Source: Euprymna scolopes
Lineage: Eukaryota
Direction: 5' to 3' (one strand)
NCBI GenBank assembly: GCA_053919585.1
Contig: CM132799.1
DNA length: 64,000 nucleotides
Shown: positions 51,725 to 64,000 of the stretch, in pieces
Layout of the letters: the number at the start of each line of letters is the position of its first letter
Numbering within the stretch: the first letter of the stretch is position 1
Program-made: the position numbers and the translations under genes
The notes under the pieces: generated by a model
Told to the model about the DNA's origin: nothing
Seen by the model: only the letters and a program-made list of their open reading frames with translations
Database searches by the model: none

Positions 51725-52744
51725 GAAAACATNNNNNNNNNNNNNNNNNNNNNNNNNNNNNNNNNNNNNNNNNNNNNNNNNNNNNNNNNNNNNNNNNNNN
51801 NNNNNNNNNNNNNNNNNNNNNNNNNNNNNNNNNNNNNNNNNNNNNNNNNNNNNNNNNNNNNNNNNNNNNNNNNNNNNNNNNNNNNNNNNNNNNNNNTCTT
51901 GGAGAAATAGAAAGGAGGATGTGGTGATAAAGCAGAACATTATTTCTAAAGACTAAATAAATGATACATGTATACGCATACCTCCGTTTCCTGAATTGTT
52001 ATATATTAAATCACCTACACTTCTAAGTTGTCACAAATANNNNNNNNNNNNNNNNNNNNNNNNNNNNNNNNNNNNNNNNNNNNNNNNNNNNNNNNNNNNN
52101 NNNNNNNNNNNNNNNNNNNNNNNNNNNNNNNNNNNNNNNNNNNNNNNNNNNNNNNNNNNNNNNNNNNNNNNNNNNNNNNNNNGTATGTGTGTGTCGGTCT
52201 TTGTATGTGTTTAGTGACGAGAATAATTGATCAAAAATATGGGCAAAATAAAAAAATAAAAAAGAACAAACCGCGCCGCAGACTAATCCAACCAGCGTTT
52301 ACCCTAAATTCAATCACAATTAACGAACGCAGCATATGCTATAATGTAGCGCCATTAATAAGTAAGCTTTTATTAAAAGAACACAAATTTAATTGTAGAC
52401 ACAAGTTAATTCTCTCACTCATAGTAACACCTCCAATAATTATTAATACATTTAACATTAATTGTCAAATTAAATAATAAGAACACACTTATTTCGTATC
52501 TCTTACACGTATATATTTTTATTTTAGCAGACATATTTTTTTCAGAAAGTGTATTAACTGCGCTCTTATCTCTAAAACCATATTAACGACTATATGACAT
52601 TATTGACAATCTCCCTCTATTTAACAATGCAAACTCCCGTCGTTTTTGTTTAATTTCCAACTTCTTTTTTGGTTTCTGAAATAAAGAAGCGTTACCCATT
52701 GCACATGAAAAATGTTCAAATATTTGGACTGATATTTTTGGTTT

Positions 52745-55700
52745 TAGCTAATCAGTTTAAGTCAAAATTGATGAAGAATCGTGCATTTTGGTAAGCAAGC
52801 ATGAAACTTGGTACGATTGCTTACAAGGGTCTACTCTTTCTGAAAAAAAACTTTCGGCCACTCAAAAAATCCAAGATGGCCGCCATTTTTCAAGATGGCC
52901 GCCACGGATGGTAAAATTTATCATTTTGTGAACTAAATTCTACATTGTTTACCGATTTCCACATATTATATATCAATTTATATGTTTCTGAGATCAACAA
53001 ATCCATTTCTGACGACAAAATAAAGATTTAACACCATTTGAGTGTAATAAAGACTATATTTTACACACTTATGCCAGTTTATCCCGCATTTTTCTCTTAT
53101 TGTTCTTGTCTTTTCTATCATGATTCACACGTTCAACACGCGCAATTGCAGCTGCATAAATTTGTACATGGAAGGCCGAATTGATAGCATTTGCATATTC
53201 CAAAGCATTGTGTCTTGCATCCGCATTTTGTTAGTTCCTTACAGCTTTCTGCAACTGGCGGAAGTGTTGTCCAAAATATATTCCATATATTGCCGTGCTT
53301 CTTCCACCCTCACTCGCCAGGACTATCAATTTCCATGTGACAGCATGTTGCTTGACTCCAAAGGCACCTGCTTGATATGTTGCACGCTTTGTGTGTTCAG
53401 TTAAAGCTGCTTTAGTTGGAGGTATGGAGTCGCTTACGAGCAAACATACCCAATCTTACAACATCTATCTCTGTGAGGGAGGTAGATCTGTCATACATTG
53501 TGATGACAAACTGGTCAATAACTGCTTGGTTCTCACTTGTTATGACTGGTGGATGATTGCTCAGCTTGACAAATACGTCCGTCACGTCAGGTAAACATTC
53601 CATGTCTGAAATGCTGTCTTTTTAGCTTTATATCGAAAGGCTGACACATTGTCACAACCAGTAAAGGCATGGTAAAAGGGCAAGCCTTTTGCTTTTTCAG
53701 GGCCAACTACGCTGATGACTTCATGTACTGGAATAAACCTTGTGTCATTTCCTTGACCAAATTCAATGAACATTACCTCCAGGCCCAACTCTTTCAAGAC
53801 TTGAAATGCAGTGATGGCAATGAAAAGGACATCTGTGTCATTAGCTTTCAACAGTACTGTTTTGTAACCATGATTAACTGCATGTTTTGCGTGTACAAAC
53901 ATCCTTGTGTCTGATTCCTCATGGTTGCAAGGTGCTAGTCCTCCAAAACTGATATTCTGATTGCTAACAACATCTGCAACTCTGGTAATTACAACGAGAT
54001 TTTCATGATCCTGTGCTAGTGAAGTGATTCTATCAGCCAGAAACTTGAAGAGAGCTGTTTTATTGTCATCATCTCTCAAGAAATTTCGCCAGTTGGGAGG
54101 GAGCTTGCCGTTGTGGGTTACCCGACGCTTTGCACCTTGTCCACGTTCTGTCCGTGTTTCAGCTTTCAAATTTGTTCGTAAGTAAACATCAGAAACAATG
54201 TCAGTCCTCTCGTATGCTGAACTGAATTCCAGTACCTTTGGACAAAATTCAAGTTGTGCATACTCTTCGAAGGGTTTTCATTTGCAGGGTGGTATTGTGT
54301 TTACCAATGCTGAACCATCGATGATGATGACTGACACACGTGGAACTGAATCTGGACATGTAACTTTGGACTTAAGAAGCAATGCAAGTTGAGACGTTGT
54401 AGCACTGTATAGGTTCCCTTTTTCACTCAACGATGCAGGGAAGGACTTGTTCTCATGTTTAAAGAATTCCACCAGGTCACACTACCTGGATTGGCAAGAT
54501 ATGAATAGTTTAGAGAATAGGCGACAGCCATATTTCTAACTTTTATGTTTTGCATCAGTCACTGCTGCTTCTTGTGTCTGGTCAAAGACGTTTATGTAGT
54601 TCCTTTTGATTTTGGAATAGAAAGTAGCCCGGTTTTATCCCTCTAAGGTCTTCATGAACTATTTAAAGCGAGTCCTGCCATTCCCATAGTGCATGCGGAC
54701 AGCTTCAGCTGCGGTTTCCGATGCTATAATCTTTGTATCCAGAGTGAGTAGATCGGATGATTCTTCTTGAAATGGATTGACCATTTCATTGATGACAGCC
54801 GTGAGCTTTGTTACTTTGCCATAGAAAGCTTTCTGGGATTGACTTGTTTGTTCTCTGTGTTTAATGTTTTCAGTAACATCCTTGCTCGATGACAGTGCTT
54901 CATATTCTTCAGTAAGACGCATCACTTCTGGCCCTGCTACCATTCATCTTCGTAGTGCTGAAGGATCCTCTGTCACACTTACGACCCCACCCTCTCTTTT
55001 GATGATTGCAGTTTCTTGTTCATGTTCTTGATCAATGATCATAGAAGAAAATGGTCGCAATGACTGTAAGACAACAAATTTGCCATTTGTTATTTGCAAA
55101 TGCGTATCAGAATGGGTCTGCTCTAAGCGCAGCATGAACTGATAGCCATATTGCATAATTGTAATTATTATTGGCAAAGAAGTATCAGCTCCATTAGTTT
55201 TTCGACATAAAGTCTGGAGCTTCCCTGAAAGAACGTATCAGAGATAGTATGACAATTTCCATTGAAAGCACTAGATACCAGTAACTGAATTGCGGGCTCT
55301 CTGCTTTTCGCTTCTCACACCACTCATCAAAGACTAAGATAACTGACGCATCTTGCCCCAAAGAAGTATCTTCAATGTAATACTCGTATGCTTTTTTCAT
55401 CAGTGTGTAGAGACTACATGCAGTAATCTGGTGAGCGTATCGTGTCCTAGTAACACTTGAAGCAGTGATTAAAGATTCTGCAATACCAGACGAAGCTATA
55501 TCTGCTTCTATAATGTCTTCTATCCAAGCACTTGCTTTTAGAAGCCACCCAATTGACTTAAGTGCAGCCATTTCAACATGCAAGCCGCCAAACATGATGC
55601 CGAACTTATTTTCACCATATTGCTGAGGCTAGTGCCATTGCATTTGCTTGGTCAATGCATAAAGTGGCTGATCAGCAGTTATGACTGGAATTTGCCCTTC

Positions 55701-57700
55701 GTTGAGGAACGCTATTGTCTCTCTAATCCTCTCCATAACATGTCGTATTGTGGCAACTGAGCAGGCTGGTTCTCGGAGGAGAGGTAGAATTGATGCAATG
55801 CTCACTTTGAAATCTAAACTTCTCTTCTCAGAAGCATGGTGTGCCGACCAGGTTATGTTAACGTCATAATCAATGCTTTGTGTCAGATGGACCTTTTCAG
55901 CCACTGAAATTCATTTGCTAACAAAAGCCTGGGAAAGTCAATATCGACACGTGTTGGATATTCGAACTCTGGAGGCGACGGAGTCTTGTTGTTTAGATAT
56001 GCAGGATGAATGTTTGTGAAAGATTCTGGAAGTTAAGGCACCCGTTTTATACTATGATTTTTGATCATAAGTGGCTCACGCAGTTCACCATCACTGTCAG
56101 ACGTTGGATGTTGAAATAGTGAGATACTGGTACCATGAAAGGATGTTGTAGCTGTTGTTGCAGACGGATTGTGATCTATATTGTCCATAGCTGATGTGGT
56201 AAAAATACCTTTCCTAAGTTCTGTAGGGCACACAACATCCTCTTCAGTATACCTGTCAACAACAGCATCACCCAATTGAGCAGATATTCCGATATGAAAT
56301 GTTAAGTCCCTGGTCATGTAACAGTTCCACAAGTCCTCGTTTTCGTGTTTTCCCATACAAAGATAGGTTCATAAAGATTAGAAAGGGAGGCTCACGATTG
56401 TGTTAATGTCTGAATGTTGATGAATTGCTTTTGTGGGTGTAGCAGTTGTACTGCAGGAGCTGAGCTACAGCCAAGTATTTCTTTGATGCACCTAATTCCA
56501 GTTGCGACTGGATATCGACACCTTGCTCCACCATACAAAAAATTGTTGTAGTGATTGAGGAATAGAATTTCCCACTGAGTCTGCACGGAATCTACCATTA
56601 AATTTCCATTCATGAGCAAGCATGTGTCTTCGCGAAATACTAGCAGCTGTGTTGAGTATAACAGCACCAGGAAATTCTGAAGGTTTTGACAAGATTGACC
56701 TTTATCCTTTGTAAAGGACAAGATAACATCTCTCCCACTCTTGTGAGCTTCAAGTGCTCGTATATCTGAAAAAACTTATCGTTCAGTCTTGTTGAGTGAA
56801 CATATGAGGCAAGTTCATGCAGTTCCAACTGTTGAAGTCGTTGCTTATACAGTGTGATGAGATCTGCAAGTGTAAACATAACTGGTGAATCACTGTTCGT
56901 ATTAGTTTCAACTATATATGCAAGAAGCTCTGAATATACCAATGGATGGATTCCTTTTTTCTGAGAATCTTCATTTTCCTGTTTTTGTAGAGCAGCAACG
57001 TAACACCTTTCCCTTTTGTAAAGAGTTTTTAAACCATCTTTATGATACTTAAACTCTTGTGCAATGGCATCACCAGCACTCAATCGGGCAAGGATTTACA
57101 TTCACCTAGAGTTGTGGCACATTCATTGAGCCTACTGATGAGCCCCATTGTCATGACTTCACGTCTTTGTCCATGATTTAGAAATTATTTGTCGCAGATG
57201 AAACATTGTTCTGGCTTTAAACTCACTCTTCGAGTCTTTGAACACTCTTGTCAGTATGTTCCTGAGCGTCAGATGCCCTTTTCCTATCCCGATCAAGTTT
57301 GGTATTTTTGAACAAAGCACGGCAACTCTGATGGTACTTAGCATTGTTTTTCCGCAATGTATCTTCAATACCATCAACTTCATCGAGCCTAGCAGGATTA
57401 ATAGTCATGGGCATCGGACAGAGTTCTTGAAAAAGGGGAATATTTGTAGCCAGCATTGAATATCCATCTGATTTACCGCGACCTGGAATGGGACTACTGA
57501 GATCCTCTCCGGTTTTATCTGTCTGACATAGGCAGCATTTGCTCCAATCAGTTTTCACATTTGGCGTCTTCTCAATAGACATTCTGTAAATATTATAGGC
57601 TTCAGGCCGAGGGTTGATCCTGTTACTACCTGTAACCACAGTTACCGATTATATTTTGACACATTCAGATATGGGATACAACTAGGTTCAGAAAGGAAGG
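52745..57700 (-). mobile_element. Academ (AcademX) DNA transposon, fragmented ~1500-codon ORF
   Basis: Colinear ORF pieces 57639->53133: DWSKCCLCQ, IAQEFKYH, AMDNIDHN, ITADQPLYA, GGLHVEM, IIDGSALV; XPG/FEN1 motifs HEESDTR, DTDV, YHAFTGCD; C-terminal CXC CGCKTQCFGICKC..CTNLCSCNC; terminus TAGCTAATCAG.. at 52745 with tandem CAAGATGGCCGCC (52872-52903); the other end is not seen and may lie in the gap at 58292. Confidence 0.88.
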
Positions 57701-60700
57701 TTCCCTACACCTTGCCCGATTGTTCATCCAGTATAATTTTAGTCCCGTGCGATCTGTACACCATCCAGGTAACTAGAGACCCGTTACCTTTGGCTCGGCT
57801 TTCCCGCGCTGGCATCTCCTGTCAATAAAGGTGCGGCTATCTAACAGACTGAACATTATTTTGCCCATGGGGCTTATTAGACAGCATTTGGGGCGCTGAA
57901 ACATGAACATGTTGCTTGACTAACAGTGTGCATTTGTAAAAGCTATGGGTAATGTTTGAAAAACATAGGTGGGATAATATGTGTTAATTAGCGGGTCAAA
58001 CAAATACACGTCGTAGACAATGAGCTTAAGTAAAAAATACACAACCTTTTATTGGGAATTGAGAAGCTTTCTTGGTTGTTTTGGGATCACGATTACTTTT
58101 ACGTGTCTTTAGCGTTAATGTAGACGAACACATAGGTTTCTTCTATATATGATTACCTTTTGAGAAATCCTTTTTCATACGTAGTTTAATGTGATTTAAT
58201 GGCCACACTTATATATGAATTTTGTTCACAGATAAGTGGAAACAATGGCGTACTTGTATTGTGTACATGATTTGGACTAAAAGAAACGTAGNNNNNNNNN
58301 NNNNNNNNNNNNNNNNNNNNNNNNNNNNNNNNNNNNNNNNNNNNNNNNNNNNNNNNNNNNNNNNNNNNNNNNNNNNNNNNNNNNNNNNNNNNNNNNNNNN
58401 NNNNNNNNNNNNNNNNNNNNNNNNNNNNCAAGACTTCAAGACAAGGTATTGATGGCAACAACATGTGTATTTCATTTTACGTTACAATTGTTTCAATGAC
58501 CAGTTCAACAATTTGAAGCATTATATCGTTTGAAACTTTTCAAAAGGCAGCATTTCTTCAAACTTTATGAATAAACACACTTTTGGCAATGTAGCATTTT
58601 TTAATAGAAAGTAAGAAAAAGGAGGGGGGATCCCTACCGGGAAAAGCATGCGAGAAACATTTATATTTATATGTGTATCTTTAACTATCAAATATTCGCC
58701 ATAGTTTTGCACATTTGCGAGTGGAATTAATTTATCAAGAAAACTTTCACAATATATCAAGCAAATTGGATAACAGATGCTTACTTTTTTTTAAATAGTT
58801 AGATTACGCACGCAAGTCAATATTGGTCGATATAAAAAGAACGTTCGCACGGAAACAGTAAATTAGGTAAAATCATATTGAGTTCATGAACTCATATGTA
58901 AGTTTGATCTACATAGTTTATGAAACTAATGGATAAGAGAGAGACTGTGGCAGTAAGCTTGTTCGTGTTGAAGTCAGAAGGCGCCAAACCGCTGTTATAA
59001 ATAACATTTCGATAATATAAGAAAGATTTTAATCCCAGTGGCCCTGGAATATCTACTACCACCACTAGCTGAAGGCGATGGGTATACTTTATGAATAGTA
59101 ATTACCCAAACTAAGCATATCTTTAATTTTCTGTGTTATCGTGACAACATTAATCCCATAGTTAGGTGCCACTTTGGACTGGATGGATTGCCACAGCCTC
59201 ACCCGTTCGCTATGAAAGTTAAGAGTAAATGTTGCTGTAAAAATTTACTGATCTGAATTCGATAGACTAAGATATCTTAGACATTGTGCAATGCTTTAAA
59301 TTTAATCGATCGAATAGTTCTGTGACATAGTCCATATTTTCTCTACATTTATCGCTGTTTTCTACATACGACGTTTTTTTCCTTTCATTATATGTCCGAA
59401 AAAAGTTGAAATTTACATATTAACCAGTGAACGTGTGCTTTGCATTGACAGAAAATTAACCTCCTGATTAATGCCAGCTATGTGTTCATCTTAGTTAAAT
59501 AATTTGTAATTTCTACTCTTTTCAATATTGAGCTGCTGGATGAACAGATTGAGTCTATAGAAGCTGATAAAATATACACTTCTTGTGTGGCTAGTGTTTG
59601 ATTATTTCATCTACACATTGTAACCACATTCTTTGTTTTAGTAGTGTATAACCTAATCCTATTCATCCAAATTTTCCGACGGTAACTTTAGTAAAAAGTG
59701 TTTATAATACTTGTCTTTGTACACGAATTTTAATCTGCCAATATGTGTCATATCCCATCACTAAGTATGTGGTTCCTACATGAAAGAGTGTATTTCCATA
59801 AACTTATCAGTTCGGGGTTCAGTTTTTTTCACAAGTGCTGCAGCTAAAGTAACATCATTAAATATTGAGCAGCCATCCGATTGGAATTAATGTAATCTTC
59901 CGGTTTTTAAATCAACAATGTAAAATGACTGGGAGGATTATATAAACCAGGAATCTGCTCAACAGATGTCAACAATATGACTTATTGTCAATGCGAAAAA
60001 TCAATTCTGAACTCTCTACAAAAATTGGGTGTGTCGCATTCAGTTCAAGTTTTTTTCTGGGGGCCTGTGTCATTTTCTCCTCTATTTTTAGGAAAATTAT
60101 TTTATTACATTTAATTAGCAAGCAACTCTATTATACCAGTCAATTTCTCGGAATATTTCCACCTTGACATAAAAACTGTAGTGTTGCGTTTGCTTTTTAT
60201 TGGCCTTTGATGTAATTATCATTGTGTAATGTTCAGAACAATATTAAAAAAGAAATAAGAAGGATGTGTGAACACAATTGGCCTGAGTATAAATATATTT
60301 TCAGAATTTAAACTACGGGAACCCTCTACTCATTCTTTCCATATTAGTAAACTTATGAATAATCAGATTATGTCAAAATAAAGCCTGGCAGAAGCCATTT
60401 CAGATGAGTTTCAAAGCCTTTAAATACAGTTTTCTGTTACAGAAAAAAACGCACTTTTAGAATATTTGTTAATGAATAAAAAAAAAAAAAATTGGACGCG
60501 ATTTCTCGCTTACTGGAAATATTATGGTCATGTGATGGATTGCAAATAGGAATAGCAAAAAGTATGCCCGATCCGAATAAAATGTCATAGACTTAGTTTG
60601 TTACTAGTTAAATCAAACTCGTTTTTTAATGGTTTCGGAGCAAATGAGAGAAGTTTATAGGTGAATATATCTGTTGCGAATATGTTTGAAAAATCATAGA

Positions 60701-61821
60701 GCTATAGTCTGAGTTCGATTTCAATCATATTTCGTTTGAAAAATTAACCAGTGATACGAAAAAGTTTATCTGCATTTTTAAAAAGATGTTTAAAATTGTT
60801 TATTTGGAAATTTATTTTCCAACTAAAACTGTAAATCACACCGAATAGTTGTCAAATAATACCTCAGTCTTAGAATATAATCTTAATCGTAATAATTATT
60901 ATTTTACTATGATTAACAGTTGAAAAAACACAGTCAAAAGATAAGCGTCAGAAAATTTACAAAAAGAAAGTAATTCTTAGGGTGCGTAAAATCGGAACCA
61001 TTGTTAAAAATGGCATTCCACATGCTTATGACACGTAAATAAACACGTGTGATATCGGAAGTTCCCTTACATGTATTGAAATGAAAACAAATGCAATACA
61101 TCGCTTAAAGTTATAATTTTCCTTCCATAAAGACAAAAATAACATTCCATTTGAACACGTAAAGTTAAAGAGATATACGGAAAAGTAAGGGAAATTTGTA
61201 TATTTAAGTTTATATTGGTATTATTAAGATTTAAAATAAAAAAAGACGATCTTACTAAATTTTTGTATTTTAAGATTTAAAAAATGTTTAATTATTTTTT
61301 AAAATAAACCCATTAATGCGATCTTTTTATTATGATGACTGATTACTTTTCCGTTCTACATTAATTTATCGCTTCCGGGAAACATATTAAAATATTGCTT
61401 TCCTCAATAAACATATCTCACGGAGGTTCAAGTAAAGAGAATTATAAAAATGTCGAAAATATAAATGAGTAGGATATAGATATAAAAAGTAGATTTATAG
61501 TTTATAAATATGAACAAAAAACGTTTCATTCAGGTATATTTCCGTCGTTTACTATAACATGCTTTAATTAATTCGATATTATGTATTAAAGGTTGAATAG
61601 ATCTTTCTAATTAAATAACTAATAACTCATTCTGAATGTAAGCTTAGTCAAAGGTGTAATGCCATCAACTGTGTAATATATATAACTGGGATTTTACACA
61701 CCGTAGATGTACAAAAACCATTGTCACTATAAACATAATAAAATATGCCGAAAAAATTAACTTCACTGTAAGCTTTGGGAACATAATAAAACATACTAGA
61801 CTACCTGTGACCCGTTTGGTC

Positions 61822-62920
61822 AGTATGTTATATGAGGTATGGAATTAATGTATGATCGTGACATTTGGGCGTAAAGAAAAGGTTTTTTTGTGACATAACA
61901 GAAACATTTCTATAACAGTATATTGAAATTAAAAAAAAATATATATATATATATTTCTACGAGTCGTTATGTTTATAATTATTTATTTTTGAAAAGAAAA
62001 TACAGCCATTAAATTATAGGTGGTTTGTTATACTTATAGGTAAATGTGCACTGAACAGATAGCATAATACTTAAAATTAAAATTTTGATATATCTTTTAA
62101 TTTATCGCGGAACAACAACTGGGGCGCTGAAGACGTACACAGTAGAACAATAATTGTAAAATGCTCTTATGGATGCCAACGGGTTTAAGTATGTTATATG
62201 AGCTATAAAATTAATGTATGATCGTGACATTTGTGACGTAAAGAGAAGTTTTTTTGTGACATAACAGAAACATTTCTATAACAGAATATTCAAATTAAAA
62301 AAAGAATATATATAGATTTCTACGAGTCGTTATGTTTATAAGTGTTTATTTTTGAAAAAAAATACAGCCATTGAATTATAGGTGGTTTGTTATACTTATA
62401 GGTAAATGTGCACTGAACAGATAGCATAATGCTTAAAATTAAAATTTTGATATATATTTTAATTTATCGCGGAAAAAAACAACTGGGGCGCTGAAGACGT
62501 ACACAGTAAAACAATAATTGTAAAATGCTTTTATGGATGCCAACGGGTTTAAGTAGATGTATTTCTGGGAAAATTGCTTTAAAATAACTAAAACGTAATA
62601 CAGAAATAAACCATGTAAAAAATGCAGAAAGTATTAACAATTATTTTTTTGGAAAATTAAAACGCGCCCTACCGCCAACCAAAAAACAATTGGGACGCTG
62701 AAAACGTGCACATTATAATAATACGTTGTAAAATTATCTTATGCTTTTGAACGGGTTTAAGTAAATTTATTTGTAAGATAATTACGTTAAAAAACTTAAA
62801 CGAAATATAAAAACGAACGGCATAAAAAACAAACGTATTAACAATTGTTTATTTGGATAATTTTAACGCGAAAAACTGGGATGCTGAAAACGTACATAGT
62901 AAAACAATACGTTGGCAACG
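61822..62920. repeat. Tandem repeat: two ~366-bp units followed by two degenerate ~190-210-bp subunits
   Basis: agtatgttatatgag at 61822 and 62188; core ggg(g/a)cgctgaa..cgtacacagta..aacgggtttaagta at ~62120, 62484, 62691 and partially at 62877. Confidence 0.88.
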
Positions 62921-64000
62921 TGTCAAAGAAAATTTCTAAGGAAATTGCGACAGTATACTTTTAATACAGAATAATTGCAAAACATCCCCAGTCTTCCCAT
63001 ATTAAATAATAAGTTCTAAATAATAACGTTAATATTTCAGTGCGCAGGGCAAATTCTGCAAAAGTCGAGATGTGTGTTTATTTGTTTACGCTGTTATAGG
63101 GTTAAGTATATATACACATGCGCAACCGGAGATCGTAAACACGATGCTAGGTTACAACGCCCGTTACAAGGTCATTTGAGTTGTATAATTATATAGATTT
63201 AGTGACTAAATAATTATATAGAACAAATTCGATTGGCGCAAAATGACGCCGATCGTTTAAAAATCGAATTATTTAAATGTAACAAAAACTTGATTAGTGT
63301 CGCTCGAAGCGTTAAACTGCAGCTTAGAATAAGTAGCGTGTAGACCTAAAAATAAAATAACTTATATAGAAGTTAATGTAATTACTTTATAATATCAGAA
63401 TAAGAGTGATGTCTCTTAGTAACTTGGCAACTTGAAAATGAATTTAAACAATTACTGCAGATTTTATATACAGCTGTATATGGTATAATGTTATCTCATG
63501 GAGAAAATATAATCGTAATGTGAAGTTATAAAATGCAGCCTTTAATCTGGAAACTATAACACATGTACTTAACACAATTAATCAGATTATAATTTAGAAA
63601 ATGTAATTAAAGATGTAATTATTATAATAAATGCCTGCCCGCTCAAACGTTTTGTCCGTTATTACTGAAACCTTGTAAAATGAAGCATGTATAATAGTAA
63701 AAAACATGGCTAAAACTACAGAATTTCAGCGATTATTGTAAGATATTCAAAATTTTTATAAAAAAATGCAGATAAAGTATGTTAATACATAATATACATT
63801 TATTTATAAGAAAAGATATGATGCATTTGCGTTGAAACAATTCGAACATATCTTACACGCGCTGATTAAGCCCAGTTTTGCCAAATTATAAGAAGAGACC
63901 TATTTCATAATTGTATTTTACCACTGGGTAAAGAAAGCATAATGTGCAAATCTTTAATTGTAAAACTCAGACGATTTGAAAATGAGTAAATAATTGTTTG

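Overview
AT-rich animal (probably invertebrate) draft-assembly DNA with eight N-gaps and many (TA)n microsatellites. I found no confidently identifiable host protein-coding gene, so this is intergenic or intronic, repeat-rich sequence. It holds decayed CR1/L2-group LINEs, an RTE fragment, four IS630-Tc1-mariner families, two Academ (XPG/FEN1 + CXC) DNA transposons, and a rearranged Penelope-like element (PLE) with a 12-bp TSD. The most interesting signal is invisible in the ORF track: a set of type I hammerhead ribozymes (HHR). One is a 3 x 322-bp tandem array (5521-6495) in which each unit carries a tRNA(Asp)-derived Pol III promoter directly upstream of a minimal HHR with a palindromic stem III, i.e. 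a tRNA-headed retrozyme that could make circRNA. The same 'tRNA-like head then HHR' layout recurs in three other dissimilar repeats here, including the pLTR of the PLE, which points to a PLE-dependent, Pol III-driven ribozyme retroelement system. All calls were made by eye, so boundaries of degenerate elements are approximate.
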